From contig JAAOMT010000577.1 in the NCBI GenBank assembly GCA_016748015.1, positions 540,666 to 604,665 on the forward strand: a DNA stretch of 64,000 nucleotides. The letters are read 5' to 3'. This stretch comes from Geosiphon pyriformis uo1. Lineage: Eukaryota; Fungi; Glomeromycota. Below, piece after piece: positions 13,801 to 27,910 of the stretch; the stretch's first letter is position 1, and the number at the start of each line of letters is the position of its first letter. The translations under genes and the position numbers were made by a program. Below the pieces are notes generated by a model that was not told the DNA's origin, ran no database searches, and worked only from the letters and a program-made list of their open reading frames with translations.

Positions 13801-15557
13801 TAGATCTTAGAATAAACTTTCTCAGATTTTTTGCAATTTCTTGTTAAGTTGTATGTTAGTTCAGTAAACAATTTTTTAGTTAGAATGGTAAAAATTTTCT
13901 TACTTAATAAATTATCTATTATAAACAATTTGTTCAATGTATTCTGCAGTCTGAAAAAGTTTTTAATATCAAATATTCTAAGTGAATTCTTATACTATAA
14001 TTTAGTGTACTCTCCAAAGCAATTCAATATCATATTTAATAACAAACTTCTGAACAAAAAAAGTAATATGATAGATTGGAAAACTTTTCAACATTAAAAA
14101 AAATTGGATCTCAAGAGTTCTGTGTTTTATTGGTTTAACTTGGCTTCAAGATTTTTGCATGATAATAGTGCTTTGAAGTTGAATTTTATAGAAATTAATA
14201 GTTTTTTTGGTACAAATATTGTAAAATCTATTGGATTTTCTAAAGTACATGACAATTTGCTTGAGATTTGATCAAGTGTTATTGAAATGTATATGGATGG
14301 TTCTCTAAGGAATATGGATTGCTGGTAAGACTGTAGCATATTTTTCTGTGGTAGATATGGGAGTTGGTGTTGTAATTCATAGGCTTTTGTCTTTTATAAT
14401 AACTAAGCTACAGGCTGTAACTCTGTTCTTAATGTGTATTTCATTTTCTTATATAATAATAGTGTATCTAAACAGTCAGGCTGCTATTGATGTTTGTGTT
14501 TCTAAGGTTAAATTTATTAAGCTGAACTTCCACAATTAATATTGGATGGAAAGAAAGCATATTGTCAGATTAATAAAGGTTAAATATTTTTCAATTTAAT
14601 AAATAAAAATTAAAAGTTATTTAAATGTTCATAACAATATTAAGACTAACTTTTTGGCAAAAGTAGTTGTTTTTTTTCTTTTTTTTTTGTCAATTGAAGT
14701 GATTAATTATTTTGTTATGGTTGAAGACATAGTTATATTTGGTAACATTCATTATTTTGTTTATAATATTTATAGATCAATTAATTGTGCTTAGTAAGAG
14801 ACTAGTCCTGGTCACAATATTCTTCTTGATTCCTTAATTAATAAGGTAGATTGGGTGTTTATTATACAGATTTGGCACCTTAATTCTCATATGCTGTTTA
14901 AGTTTATTAGCAAGAATTCGGCCAATTTGCATACCTATTTAATAAAAGCTATACATAGATGTTTATCAGTAGTAATTATGAAAAAATTGTATAATAAGTT
15001 GTATTTTAGAGTTTTGTGTTTGTTTTGTGAGAAAATTGAGTTGCTAAATTATGTTTTCACTTATACTAATGATGTTAGCATTTAAGAAAAGATTTTATTA
15101 AAGGCTTTGGATGTCTAAATTTTGTTAATTAGAACCTGTAACTCTTTTTTTGCTGTTTTAAAAACTTTTTCTGAGTGCTCATTGAATGTAAGATTGTATA
15201 TAGTGATTTGTAAAAGCTTTGTATTGAAACATTAGTATAATAAAACTGTTGTATTTTTTAAAAAAAAGGACAGGCTGTTGTAATAGTAATTAGATATGTA
15301 AAGTATTTAGTAGAGAAATATTGTTTAAGAGTTTGATTTATGAAATCTAGACATAAGATAGATATAAAAAAGGCTGATTTAGTTAAAAATAGTGGTTTGG
15401 TGTCTAAATTGTCTTGTGATTTGGCTGAAAGTTTGTCAAATAGAATAGTTTATCTATTCAGTATTATTGAGTTTTTTGCTGTTAGCTTTGGCAGGCATAA
15501 GCCATGTACTTTTTTTTTGGTTTAGGTAGTTATATTAGTGTTTATGTAGATATATAG
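10896..15557 (+). pseudogene. LINE ORF2 remnant (APE endonuclease, RT, RNase H, zinc finger) (L-b)
   Basis: APE-type motifs (KFAIYNV, ITKTKL, VLDENFN, IIDYIFVS), RT (QNM*KAYN, GAFINDII), RNase H (MYMDGS, LNSQAAI), CLFC finger ~15015. Confidence 0.85.
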
Positions 15558-15690
15558 TATTGTCTTGTCTAATCCAAGTGATTGGTTACATGTAGCCAAT
15601 AAATGAATCATGTTTAGTTAGAATTATTAAGTTTGATTCTGTATATTAGATAGTAGTTAGACTTTACTTATTAATTATTAATAAAAAAAA

Positions 15691-18600
15691 TACATATAAC
15701 TAGTTATTTGGCCAATTAAGATAATACTATACAGCTATATTAATTAAAACTTTCTTAATTGTATCTGTAAAAAACAGATAACTTATTCTTAATTCAAAAT
15801 TAATAACATAACTCTTTTTAATTCTTAACAAATAAGCAACTTTATCTAAAATTCTAACAAAAAAGTTACAAACAATATCAAATATAAAACTATCTTTATT
15901 TAACAAACTTTTATAATCTATTTTAGCTTAAAGTTTCAAATTAGGTATCCATATCTACTTTTTATAACCAATAACTAAATTCTGAATAAACTTAACTAAT
16001 TTAAACATGATAAGCTTAGTATCTTTAAAAAAAGTCTTAGTTTTTATCAACCAATTTTCAAAAACAAATCTTTTATACAAAATTATATACAAATTAATAT
16101 TAAAAACCCATATAATTAATGACTAAAGAACTATAAATAAAGCCAAATTTGCATTAGTTAAAAACTACTAAATAGTAAAATAGTCATTTAATAAATTCTG
16201 ATAAACAGAAAAATCTGAACTGTAAACAAAACTATAATCTAAAAACTTTATCTTATTACAATACATATATAATACACTTAAATAACTGTAATTATATAAA
16301 TGCTTTCTAACTACTACTGGCAATCTTTTGTGTAAAATCTTTATTAAATCTATCTATAAATCAGTAATGGCTTTGCTTATGTATTCAACAGCCATATAAG
16401 AATTAGGATACCAAACTAAAACAATATGTTTTTAATTAATATTACCAATATACAAAAAATCTATAACATTAAAATTTAATTTAACTTTCTATTGAAAATG
16501 TTTTATAGTATTATTCATAGTTTTAATAAAATAATAAACATTATTAGACATCATTTTATTATCAGTTATTAAAAAATTTTCTTTAATATTTACTGAAAAG
16601 ACAAGTTTTAAAAAAGTAGTCTAATTTCCCAACTTATTAGCATGCTTATTGTTTAATACATCCAAATAATTATTTATCTTGGCCCAATTTACAGAAATGT
16701 TTTTATTTCTGACCAAATTATTAACATGATAGTGTTTTATCCAATATCTGTTGTAAAAATTAGATGTTACTATTTTAATTTAGTTTAATATATATTCAAA
16801 AAAACTTAACTGTTAGAATAGATTGTAACTTTGGATAAAATTAGAATACACTTAAGAGTTAAAGCAATAATTTGTATCTCAACCAGAATTAAAGACAATA
16901 ATTCATTAATTTTTACACCTATATACAAACTCAGATCAGAAAAGTAGGCAGTTATATCATTTATAACACCAAAAAGCCAAAGTTTTTAACTAAACTATTA
17001 GTGTAAATTGAGATTTTAAGCAAAAATACATTTTTTAAATTAGAACAAACAATACCAAAGTTATATGTATTAATTATACTTATTTTAAAAGAGTGTTCAG
17101 AAATAGATAAAAGATCTTAAACTAAACCAAATCTGTATAAACCAAAAAAGAACTAAACTCTAAAATTCAATTATTTCTACTGACAAAAATTTTTTCAACC
17201 AAAATATTTTCTATAACTATTTAAAAGTTGGTTAGCAAAAATAATGTCAAAGTATTTTAAAAATTTATAAATTCGAAAATAATTTATTTGATTCAGAATA
17301 TTCAAAATAGAAATGTTATGTTTAAGATAAAAAACATTGAGTAAATTAATAAACAAAAATATATTATTGTGCAAAAATATTTTAGTAATACTAGCCAAAA
17401 AATTGTTTACAGAATTGATTTTCAACTTGATAGAAAACTGAAAAAAATTTTAAGGAATTCAACTTAAGATCTGTAAATCTAATAATTTATGTCTAAAAGC
17501 CAGCCAAAAATATTTTTAGTATTAGCAAAATTTATTATTAATGCCATTTTTTTTTCTGTTTAAACTTGAATAAAAAGCTTTAAATTATACAAAATAAATA
17601 ATACATGGCTTTGTTAAAAAAGTTTTTATATAAACTGGCTTTAGATTTTAACATTTTTTAGTTAAACAATCTTATTTATTACATATACTTTTACTAATAA
17701 AGTTAAACTGTATTTTGTATCCAAAAATAGACTATAAAACAGCTAAAACCAAATAAAAAAATTGTTTATCTAATATAGCTTTGTGTAAAACTATGAATGA
17801 AAAAAACTTTATATCTAAATTTGCTTTTTTTAAAAGTAAGCCAAAAAAACTTTTAGTTAATAAGATAATATTCAAATATTAATAAGCTTTGTCAGTTTTT
17901 GCAATTAAAATAAAAACTTATTTATACTTAAAAAAACATTATTGGCTTTTGGATTAATTAAAATAACTACTGTTTTGTCTATATTTATTGAAATATTTAT
18001 AATATTAAAAAATTTACTAGCAATATTCAAGATATTCTGTATTGTTGTTTTACAGTTACCAATTTAAATTATATTATTTACAAAAACCCCAATTACCAAA
18101 TAAAAAATCAAACCAAGATTAAATTCAATTTTGTTAGTTCTAGCAACAAATCTGAAATTTACTTAATATCTGAACAGAGATTTATCCTTTTTTACTTTGC
18201 ACAAAAAAAAGTTGTAAAAAATTCTCTAAAAAAGAGACAAAAAAACTTTATTTTAATCAAGTTTATCATGAACTTTATAACTTTTAAACAAACTAAAGTT
18301 TGTTATAACTTTATTTATATAATTATTGTAAATATAACCAAAAAATTTCATAAATTTGTTACATATTTTTATTTAATTGAAACTGTTTTTCAAATATGAT
18401 TAACTCATTAAATTATAAGCTTTGCTTATGTCTTAAAGCACCAACCAGATCTTTCTACTTTTTTCTAAAGTATTTTTAATAACAGATTTAATAACAAAAA
18501 TAAGAAACTGAGTTGAAATACTTTTCAAAATTAAGAAATTATTTTTATATAAAATCTTGTATTTGCTATAAATTTTAAAAATACAATCAGACAAAATCTT

Positions 18601-20955
18601 TAAAAAAATTTTTCTTGTAGTTTTAATAAGAGCAATAGATCTGGTGTTTATTAAAATGGTTTTTTATTTATATGGTTTTGGAATCATAAAAACACAGATT
18701 TTTTTTAGATATTAGAAATCAATTTAAACATTAAACACAAATTAAGTAAATACAATAAATAATTCAAAACAAATTTGTAACTATGTTTTTATATTTTATT
18801 AGAAATATTAGACAATTCAGTAATTTTACTATTAAAAAATTTTTTGATCATTAATAAAAATTTATTAAAACTAATTTACAATATTATACTAAAAAATACA
18901 TTATTATTAACATACTTAAAAAGTGCAAATTATTTCTGCTAATAAAAAATAATAATAGTTTTAACTACATATTTTCTGATCTAATTTTTTATAATTAAAT
19001 CAACTTTATACTTAACCAAATTAAATTTTAAAGTAGTTTACTATTATCAACTAAATAATTTAATATAACTTTTTTGAAAGGTTTTTTTAATACATTTAAC
19101 TCTTATTATTAGCAAAAGCTTTTATGTATTAAGTAATAACAATTTTAATACAAAAATTTTCAATAGTTTTAAATTTTAACATTTTATAAAACTTATAAAT
19201 TTTTTTAAAACAAGTTAATAATTGTTTAATTAAGATTTTGCCATAATTATTATTTAAGAATTTCTTAAATTTTACTGTTTAATTAGAATTCAGAAAAATC
19301 TACTTGTTGACCAAAACCTAAAATTCTTCTAAATCTCCCAATTAATATGTTTTTAAGATTCTTAATATTAGCAATTATAATCTGTAAAACTTAGAAAATA
19401 CAGCACTTTTAGCTATCTTATTATTTTAATATCATGTTTTTAAAAAAGCAGTATTAGCTATAGAGTATACTATTTTACTAAGCAGCTATTATATTTTATT
19501 AAAATTAGCTTTTTTTTGTAATTATTAAAGTTTTTAGCAGTAGTCAAAACAGCAGCCAGCAACAAATTCTCAAACTTTTTCTAAACTTTCTTATTAATCT
19601 TACAGATTTTGTACTTTCATTTATTTTTAGTAAATTGTTTATATATTAAATTAAGTTAAAAACTAAAAAGTTTTTCCAAACTAATGTTCACTAATATAAC
19701 AAAATAATTAATATTAAAAAACTCATCTAAATAGTAAATTTGTTGATTGAAAAACAAACTCTAAATATTATTACTAATTAAAACAAAGTTTATGCATTTT
19801 TTAATTTTCTTAAAATTAAACTATATAAAAAGCTTATATAATAAAAACCTAATGAGAGAATCAAATAAACTTATATTCAAAAATTTTCTAAAACTTATAT
19901 TGTAATCAAAATTATTTTTATTGAAATTACTATCAAAAACCACATACATACTATTATTTAAAGCTTTTGTTACTATAAAATTAATATTATAAAACTGAGC
20001 CAATCATTTTTTCAAAGTAATACTAATATATAAACCCAAAATAAAAATAAAAAAATAATTTTTAATAACAAACATATTAATAAAAGTCAATTAGCAATCT
20101 TTAATACTTTGCATATATGTTTAACAATATTATTATTGATTATTATTATAATATTAGAATTCAGATAATTGAAATTAACTTTTGAAGTAAAAACTTTAAT
20201 TTCTTTAAATTTACTTATAATTTAAGAACAAATCTTATATTTTAGTTTTGTTTTTGTTATAATAGATACAGAATTGTTTTTATTTTTATATTAGCAAATA
20301 ATATTTTTTTGTTTAGCAAAATTGTTTATTTTCTTAATATTATATGTAATAATTTTTCAAATGAAACTAGTTATTGAGAAAAGCAAAAACTTAAAACCAA
20401 ACCAAAATTATTTATTTTGGCCAAAAGTTCTAAAACCATATTCAATAATTTTTTTATTTTATTTTTTAATTTCAAAAAACTTAATGAATTTAAAAGCACT
20501 GCTTTCACAATAATTCTGTTAGTAACTATATCTGAACTTTTATTTATTATTATATTTACTCTTTAATTTTGTAATAAAAAAGTTATTAACAATTAATATT
20601 CAGAATTAAACTAAAAAACTATTGGTTTAAGTATATTTAACTTCTTAACTAACCAATTTGCTTTACAAGACCAGCAAAACTGTGCTCAAAAACAGTAAAC
20701 TTATTATTTATTTCTAATATAACTGGTAAAAAAAACTTTATATTTATAAAAAAACCAATTTTTAAAGACTTATTATACAGAAAAAAAAATAAAAATAAAA
20801 AACTATCAACAATTTTTGCCCAAAAGACTACCAAAAAAAACTAAATAAACAATAGAAGTTGAATATTTAGTGTAAATAGTAGTAAGTCTGCTTTTATCTA
20901 CTTTTAAAAGAATTTTATAAGAAAAGCCATTTAAAAAGACAATAAAAATCTTTCT
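15691..20955 (-). mobile_element. Main body of old, heavily decayed LINE L-c (ORF1 end, ORF2, proximal 3' UTR)
   Basis: Reverse strand gives the APE start (SFI*KIITYNIKKINNFAKQ ~20370), the RT box GVFVNNII (~18070-18090), and the proximal 3' UTR (aattggccaaataactagttatatgta) ending at 15691. Confidence 0.85.
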
Positions 20956-21073
20956 CTTGTTGATCCCTTGGTTATAATAAGACTAAAAAATTTATTAAAG
21001 TTATAGCTTTCTTTTTTTTTTTTTCTCTTTGTTTCCATCAGTTATTTTTTCAAGTACTTCTAATTTTGTCATA

Positions 21074-22970
21074 ATAGAACCAGTGAGCACATCTGCTAAT
21101 GGGTCTGGTACTAGTTGAACTGGTTTGAAGATTCATTTAAGTGCCAAAAAGAAACATGTAAATACTATCTACTCTTATAGTACATTCTACAAAAAACCAA
21201 GAAAATCTGTCGATGGTAGTGTAATTGATTCATCTGCTGGTTCTTTGAATTTGAATAATGTTGGTAGTACCAGTGTTAAATCTGTGGTTTTCTGAAAAAG
21301 CAATATTGGCAGTATTGCAAGCAGTATTAGCAGTTTATTGAACATTGAAAATATAAGAAACACAATTGTTGAGGAAATAAACTATGCAGATTCAGATGCT
21401 TTAAATAATATTGAGACCATAGACAAATTTATGCCAAGAAAAACTCACACTTAAACATATGTACTAGACTACTCTTCAAAGGCACTTTTATTTAACAACT
21501 TGAGTGATAATAATAGCATCTTGGCTCTCCTATCCCCTAAATTTGCTGGCTTCTGTTAAATTGTTTGCATTAAATGTTGAGCTATCTGCTATGCTGAACA
21601 AAATTAATAATGATAAGTTGATTGCTATTAAAAAAATCTTCTATCAAATTGATGGTTTTGGAAGAGCTTTGACTTTTTCAAAATTTTCAGGAATTATTAG
21701 ATTATCTTTTATGTCAGAATTTAGTTTAGATAAGACAAAGAAATTGGCAATCTGTAAAAAAATTTTTGTTAATGATAATCTCAGAAAGGTAAATAGCTAT
21801 TCAAATCAGAAAATTATTGTTGAGAAGATTCCAGTCAATCTTCCAAAGTTGATTGTGAAGTTAGTTTTTTCTAAATTTAGTAAGATTGTATCAATCAAAA
21901 TACAGCTGATTGGTCTTTGACAAAAAGCTTTAATAGAGTTTGAATCATTCAAAATAGCTGATTTGGTTATAGTTAAATGATCTGTGCTTATAAGAAAAGA
22001 CTCTGTTTATGTGATGAAAGCAATTGATAATAAATAAATATAAGTATTCAGAGATTAACATTGTGCTTTGCTATATACATTATCAGTTAGCACTATGGCC
22101 CATGATTTTTCTGATTTATTGGCTTTTTATGGTGAGAAAATTTTTGTTATTGGCTGCAATCTGGTTATATATGTTTACGATAAGTGCACTGTGGTTTGTT
22201 TTAATAATAAGACATCCAGATTGACTGCTGTTGGTTCTGTTCCTGTTTTTAAGGATGTGAATTTGTGTTAGACTAGTCTTTTTTTGGCTTGCTATGCTTG
22301 TTGTAAACAATTTGGTCATGTTTTTATTAATTGCTCAGTGGATAAAAATTTTGGTGTTTATGATAAGCAGATAGTAACTTCTCAGAATCAGATTTGTCTG
22401 GCCAATATTTATAAGAAAAAACAGACACCCATCACTTGTTTGGTTTTTTTCAATAAAACTTGGGTCCAAGTTGCTAGTGGCTATTTATCTCATGTGATCT
22501 CATTAGGTTTTTTTAGCACTGGTTTGTCTTTGGATTTAAAACTCATCTCAGTGGTTTCCAGTCTTCTTGACATTTCTAGTTTAACTAATTGTTTGAATTT
22601 TTTAGAGCACTTTTTAAATCTTTTGGTTAATTAAATGTCTGGTATTTTGAAAAAATTAAGTTTTGTTGAAATGGTGCTATTAGCACCATTTTTTTATACT
22701 TCCTTTTTAGTTATTCCTAAGTCTCTGGTTTTGGGTTTAAATAAAAATATGACTTTAGATAATACATTGATGTCATCTGTTTCCTTTTTTTCAGTTGTTG
22801 ATAATGCAATTGCAGACCTTAGCTCAAGTAGTTCTAAAGTGTTGACTTCTAAGGTGAGTGGTTTAGAATTGAAATTGATGACTTTGAAAGTGTTAGTAAA
22901 TTTGGTCTTGAAAAAATTGTATTGTTTGTGTTTTGGTCTGGGTTTATCAGCTCTTTCTTTATCTCAATGA
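21074..22970 (+). pseudogene. LINE ORF1 remnant (L-d)
   Basis: Fragments 21504-21920, 22068-22271, 22284-22634 and 22635-22970; knuckle CYACCKQFGHVFINC. Confidence 0.85.
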
Positions 22971-25900
22971 ATGAGTTTGTCTAAAAATTTGCTACATACA
23001 ATGTTAGAGGTATAAAAAATCTTGCTAAGCAAGAGGATATTATTTATTAGCATAAGGAAATAAACAATCTGATTACTATTATCATTGAAACAAAGTTAAG
23101 GAGTAAATTTTGTCTTTGGATTATGAATAAATTTGATGGTGTTTATGTATTTACTTCTGGTTTAGAGTTTAACTACCTGGGCTCTGATGTTGCTGTTATA
23201 ATAAACATTGGTTTGGCAAAATACATATACAAGATTTCAGAGGTGGCTGGCAGATTTTTGTCTATAAAACTGCTTTTCAAAAATAAGTTGTCTGTTTTAA
23301 TTTTGAGTCTTTATGCTGATGTCACTCTAGCCTGCATCTGTTTCAAACTTGTAATGTCAACTCACTGATTGCAAGAGCAGTAAATAAATCTTCTTTTGTT
23401 ATTTTGGGTGAGAACTTCAATAAGAATAGTTTACACAAGTGTGCCAGTTTCAAAAAATGTTTTGATTTGGAATTGGTAAATTTTCTGTTAGGTAGTTCAA
23501 TTGTTAAAAGTTTTATATGGAAGAATTTGAGAAGTGCCAAAAAAACAATAGACTATGTGTTTGTTTCTTCAAACTTGGTCAATACAGTAGTGAGTTATGA
23601 TATATTGAATGTTAGTGAACACTTTAACACTAATTACCAAACTGTTTCTATGTTTGTGAATCTGAGTGGTCTGTTAGATACACAGTTAAATTTTCTCTGT
23701 AAATAGGTAAATAGGAATTGTTAGAAATTCAATATCAAAGGTGCTGGTAAAACAGATTAGTGTAGATTTAAAAAGTCTATGACAGCTAATGTGGCATTGT
23801 TTTCTGATAAGTTTGTTGTTTCCAAGGGGTTTTTAGATTTAGATGTTATATAGATTGTTGTTCACAAAGTGATGTGTCTTTTGGTGAATAAGGTCTTTAA
23901 GAAAAAGTGGTTCAAGAGTTATGATAATGTCTTCACCAAGGGATTTTCTAAGTTTTATAAGCTAGAAATTTTGGTGTCAAGAATTGTTAAGTCTTTACAT
24001 AAAGATGTTAATAGTGTTTTTGAATTTTTAATAAGCCATTAGGCATCTTTTGACATTGATAAGGCTTTGCCTGTTTAGGCTCTGTTGAATTCTGGTGCAG
24101 ATTTTGATTGTATATGTTCGGCTTTTTTTAGTATAAAAAAATTATATCATGCCTTTAAGTTTGCTGAGTCTTTGTAAGCTGAGGAGTCTTGGATTAGGTC
24201 AGTTATTGTTAAACAGATAAAAAGTTTTGCAATTAATAAGAGTCACATAATTAGAAGCATGCTGAAGTGTCTTTTTTAGAAAGTAGTTTTAAACCATCTG
24301 GTCATTAAAAATGAACTGATTTTGAACTCTGATCTGGTTAAGACTAAGGTGGATGTAATTATGGAGAGCTGGACTAAAAAGTGTAAAGTGGTGGCAGATT
24401 TATTCAATAATTAGTCTTATCAATATCAATTTCTTAGTTTTAAAAAATATATTAACACAATCTCCCATTTTTGCCATTGGTTCAATTATTAAGAATGCTT
24501 TAAAGAAAAACCACAAACTTTGGCTGGTCTTGCAGAACATGCAAAAGACCTACAATTTTATTAAATAGAAGCATCTTAAAAGAAGCTTGGTCAGGATAAA
24601 AATGTGTGACAAGTTCATTAGATTTTTTGGTAGTCTTTACAATGATCATGTTAACAGAATTATAACTGATTTTGAATTAACAGATAGATATTAGGTACAT
24701 GATGATCTGGATCAGGGAAAAGTGTTCTTACCTTTTCTTTGGCACATATTTTATGATCTACTTTTGTGTGAAGTCAAGAAACAAGAAAGCATTTGTGAGT
24801 ACAAGTTGAATTTTTATTTTATTGTTAAAACTGGTCACATAAAATCTCAGGCTGAATTGTCATCTTTTCTTACTACTGGTGCTTTTGTCAATAATACTAT
24901 TTGGATTAATAGCAGTCAGACTACAACCCAATACATTCTCAATATTGCTAGTGAATTTTTTTAGTTTAATGATATTTCTATAAACAATAACAAGACAGTA
25001 GTTATTACTATTAATTGCAGAGTTAGAAGTCTTTCATTATTTATTAGTGGTTTGTTTATTTCTATTGCCAAAAAGGAGAAATTCTATTATTATCTGAATA
25101 TTTTTCTGTTTACTAAAGAACTGTTAAAGCTTAGCTTAGCCAAAGCACATTTAGATGTTCAAATCTTTTTCAACCTTGTTTTAAAAAAGACCATTTTGAA
25201 TAAACAGCTTTTTTATTTGGTATTAGCTGTTTTTTATTCTATTGTTGGTTATCAAACACAGTTCAATTTTGTGTCTATTAGTGTATGCAATAAGTGGAAT
25301 GCTTTAATTTACAGAAGTCTGAAGTTGAAGACACTATTCTTTTTTGTATAGTCTTAAGACTTTTGAGCAAGTTCAGGTAAAAAACATGCTGGCCTCCATA
25401 GTGTGGTTTGCAAATTCTGATGAGATTTTTGGTTATTTATTTTCTCACAGATTTTGTGACTTGTAAGCTCTGTGCTGATATCTGGTGCATTTTTTGAGTT
25501 TTCTAGCTCATATCAAGATCAGTCCATATAATAACTTTTTGACAGGTGTGGTTCGTGATTTTTATGAATACAAGTTGTCTTTGAGTGGTCCAATAAGCAA
25601 TGTTTTCTGTTTTCAGGGTGATACTTTCATGTTAGCAGTGCTTAATAAGTCCAATTTTTTTAGGTTTCTCTCTTTACTTTAGTAATATAGCATTGCTTTT
25701 GTGGAATAGTTTTACAGTTATAGTGGTGCTATTTTTGATTAAAAAACTTTTAAACATTGAAAGAAGTTAGATCTGTATGGCCTTATTCCTGACTGGTTCA
25801 GACTTTTTGTTAATTTTCTGAATGGTATCACTTCTTTTTCTGTCTGCTCATCCTCTTTGGATGCATTTGAACACTTGAATATTTTAAAGTCTTATAAGTT

Positions 25901-27230
25901 TGGGTTAGTTTGTAATTATTTGTTGAATGTTATGTCTAATAGTTTTTTTGTCTATATGGATGAATCTCTAAAGAACTTAGGAAGTATTAACATAAAAGCT
26001 GGTACAGCAGTTTTTTTTGAGGATATAAACTTGGGTTTGGAAGTTAAGATTTCTGGTCTAATATCTTTTATTTTGGCAGAGTTGCAGACTATTGCTTTTG
26101 TTCTTGAGTGTGTTTCTTCTCAAAGCTCAGTTTACTTTTTTACAGACAGTCAAGCTGTTTTGAATATATGTAAGTTGAAATTGGGTCTAGTGTATCCAGA
26201 TTTTTAGAATTGGTATTGGATTGAACATCAGTATATTATGAACATAATTAGAAAAAAGAATATAAATATTAGCTAACACAAAATGAAAAGTCATTTGAGA
26301 GTCTTAGGTAATAAATGTGCTAATATATTTGTTAACACTGCTTTTTTTTTCCCTAATATCTTTCTCTCTGCTTAGAAAAGTGTTGCATTTTGGCTGAGGG
26401 TAATGTTATTTCTGGTAATCCTAAACATTTTATTTATGAAGTCTTTTGAGCTATTTATTATGCACATTGAGAAGTTGGTTTTGGTTTTAAAGTTTTGAAT
26501 AATAATTTGCTTTTAAATATCAATTGGCTTAGTTTATTTTTGGTGTGACATCCCAACTTACATATGGCTGTTGGTTTTACTAATAAGCTTACTACTGAGA
26601 TCTGTATATATTTTATAAAGGCTTTACATCATTGGTTTTTTGTTACTGTTCAGAAGTGCTTATATAATAAGTATTATCTTAGTGTATCATGTTTGTATTG
26701 TGGTGATGTTGAGATTTCGGATCATGCTTTTTTTTGTGTAGTTAATAATTTTGTTTGTCATTGATTGTTGAATGCCCATGTAATTGCTTGGAATGTGATT
26801 TTTGGTCTTTTTCTTTTTTCTTTATGTGTGTTTTAGTTGTTGTCTTCCTGTATTACAAATGCTGTGGTGTGCACAACTTTATGTAAAGACAAAGTTTTTA
26901 GAAATTGGCTTCAGGAAGTTACATCTGTCTTTGGTGGTTCTAAAATAGCAGTTTGAAAGGTTAAGAACTTTGTGTGTGACTTCTGTCTTGCTTTCAGAAA
27001 TGAAGTTTAATTGATCTGTGCTAAACATCATACTTTGATGAAAAAAAATGAGCTTATATCAGTTGATAATTCAGCTCTAGTTTTGGTTCCTAGGCTGTTT
27101 TTAGTGCTTTCTGCTGGTATGGTTAAGTTGTTAGGAATTGTTAAAGCATTTGAAAATGGTTTTGATTTTTGTAGATGTAGTTTGTTTTTTTAGATATTGA
27201 GAACTCAGTCTTGGTTTATGTAGGTACTTA
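22967..27230 (+). pseudogene. LINE ORF2 remnant (APE, RT, RNase H, zinc finger) (L-d)
   Basis: MNEFV*KFATYNVRG start, IETKL, ILGENFN, TIDYVFVS; RT GAFVNNTIW; RNase H VYMDES, ELQTI, FTDSQA; CLYCGDVEISDHAFFC. Confidence 0.88.
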
Positions 27231-27360
27231 ATGTTGTTCTAATTGGCCCAAGTAACTGGTCATATGTAGATAATATATAATTCATACTTAGTTTAGATCA
27301 ATTTTTGATGTATAGTACTAAGCAGTGTTTGGACTTTACTTGTTAAATAAAAAAAAAAAA

Positions 27361-27630
27361 CTTTCTTACCATTAGTATAACTAATTAATATATAACTAAA
27401 TTTCTTATACTTAGTATATTTGGCTATATTTAAATAAAACCAATACAGATTGTATCTTTTGAAATTAGTATGGTATTTATAATAGTATTTAGTAAGTTAG
27501 CAGAATTAAAACAAATCACTACATACTTGGTCTAAGCATATATAATAAGATGAATATTAATTACACATGTTTTTCTACTTATAAATCCAATAAAGTCCTA
27601 AATATTATGTGTATTTGTTTTTATTAACAG
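27361..27630 (-). mobile_element. ORF1 fragment of LINE L-c, continuing across L-d and cut at 27631 by the LTR nest
   Basis: Reverse strand reads LLIKTNTHNI*DFIGFISRKTCVI...YVVICFNS, aligning with LYTLSVSTMAHDFSDLL...CTVVCFN of L-d ORF1; begins with the TSD. Confidence 0.75.
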
Positions 27631-27669
27631 TATTACCTAAGTAAAAAAACCAAACCAAGTTATGAAAAA

Positions 27670-27910
27670 ATGTAATCAAAAACATGATAACACAAAATAA
27701 CATAAAAGAACACAGAATAATACATAATAATATGGGATAACACAATACAAAATATAATAATATAATATAGCACAAAATAATAAGAATAACTAGTAATAAC
27801 ATAAAAAAATAAAGCAATAACAAAAAAAACAAACAAATAATGAAGATAATTAGTAATAACATAAAAAAACAAAGCAAAAACAAAAATAGCAAACAATAAT
27901 TAGCAATAAT
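27670..27910 (+). repeat. Degenerate tandem array in U3 of LTR E
   Basis: Recurrent ataattagtaataacataaaaaaa..aaagcaa units. Confidence 0.6.

Larger units (their letters stand above)
8893..15690 (+). mobile_element. Full-length degenerate LINE L-b
   Basis: 5' UTR, ORF1, ORF2 and 3' UTR colinear with L-d; poly(A) ends at 15690; candidate 6-bp TSD tatata (8887-8892) / tacata (15691-15696). Confidence 0.9.
20956..27360 (+). mobile_element. Near full-length degenerate LINE L-d, with internal deletion in RT
   Basis: ORF1, ORF2, 3' UTR and poly(A) to 27360; exact 6-bp TSD ctttct at 20950-20955 and 27361-27366. Confidence 0.92.

Noticed and set aside
1-27360. Alternative genetic code (TGA=Trp, mollicute or mitochondrial origin) to explain the stops
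   Set aside because: Stops include TAA and TAG, fall at different positions in each copy and trace to C>T/G>A changes; content is eukaryotic retroelements.
27603-27630. tattatg at 27603 as the start of LTR E
   Set aside because: LINE ORF1 homology continues to 27630; tattacc at 27631 fits better.
27605-27896. Hydrophobic 95-aa and 78-aa ORFs as membrane or env proteins
   Set aside because: Antisense translation of the A-rich tandem array in LTR E.
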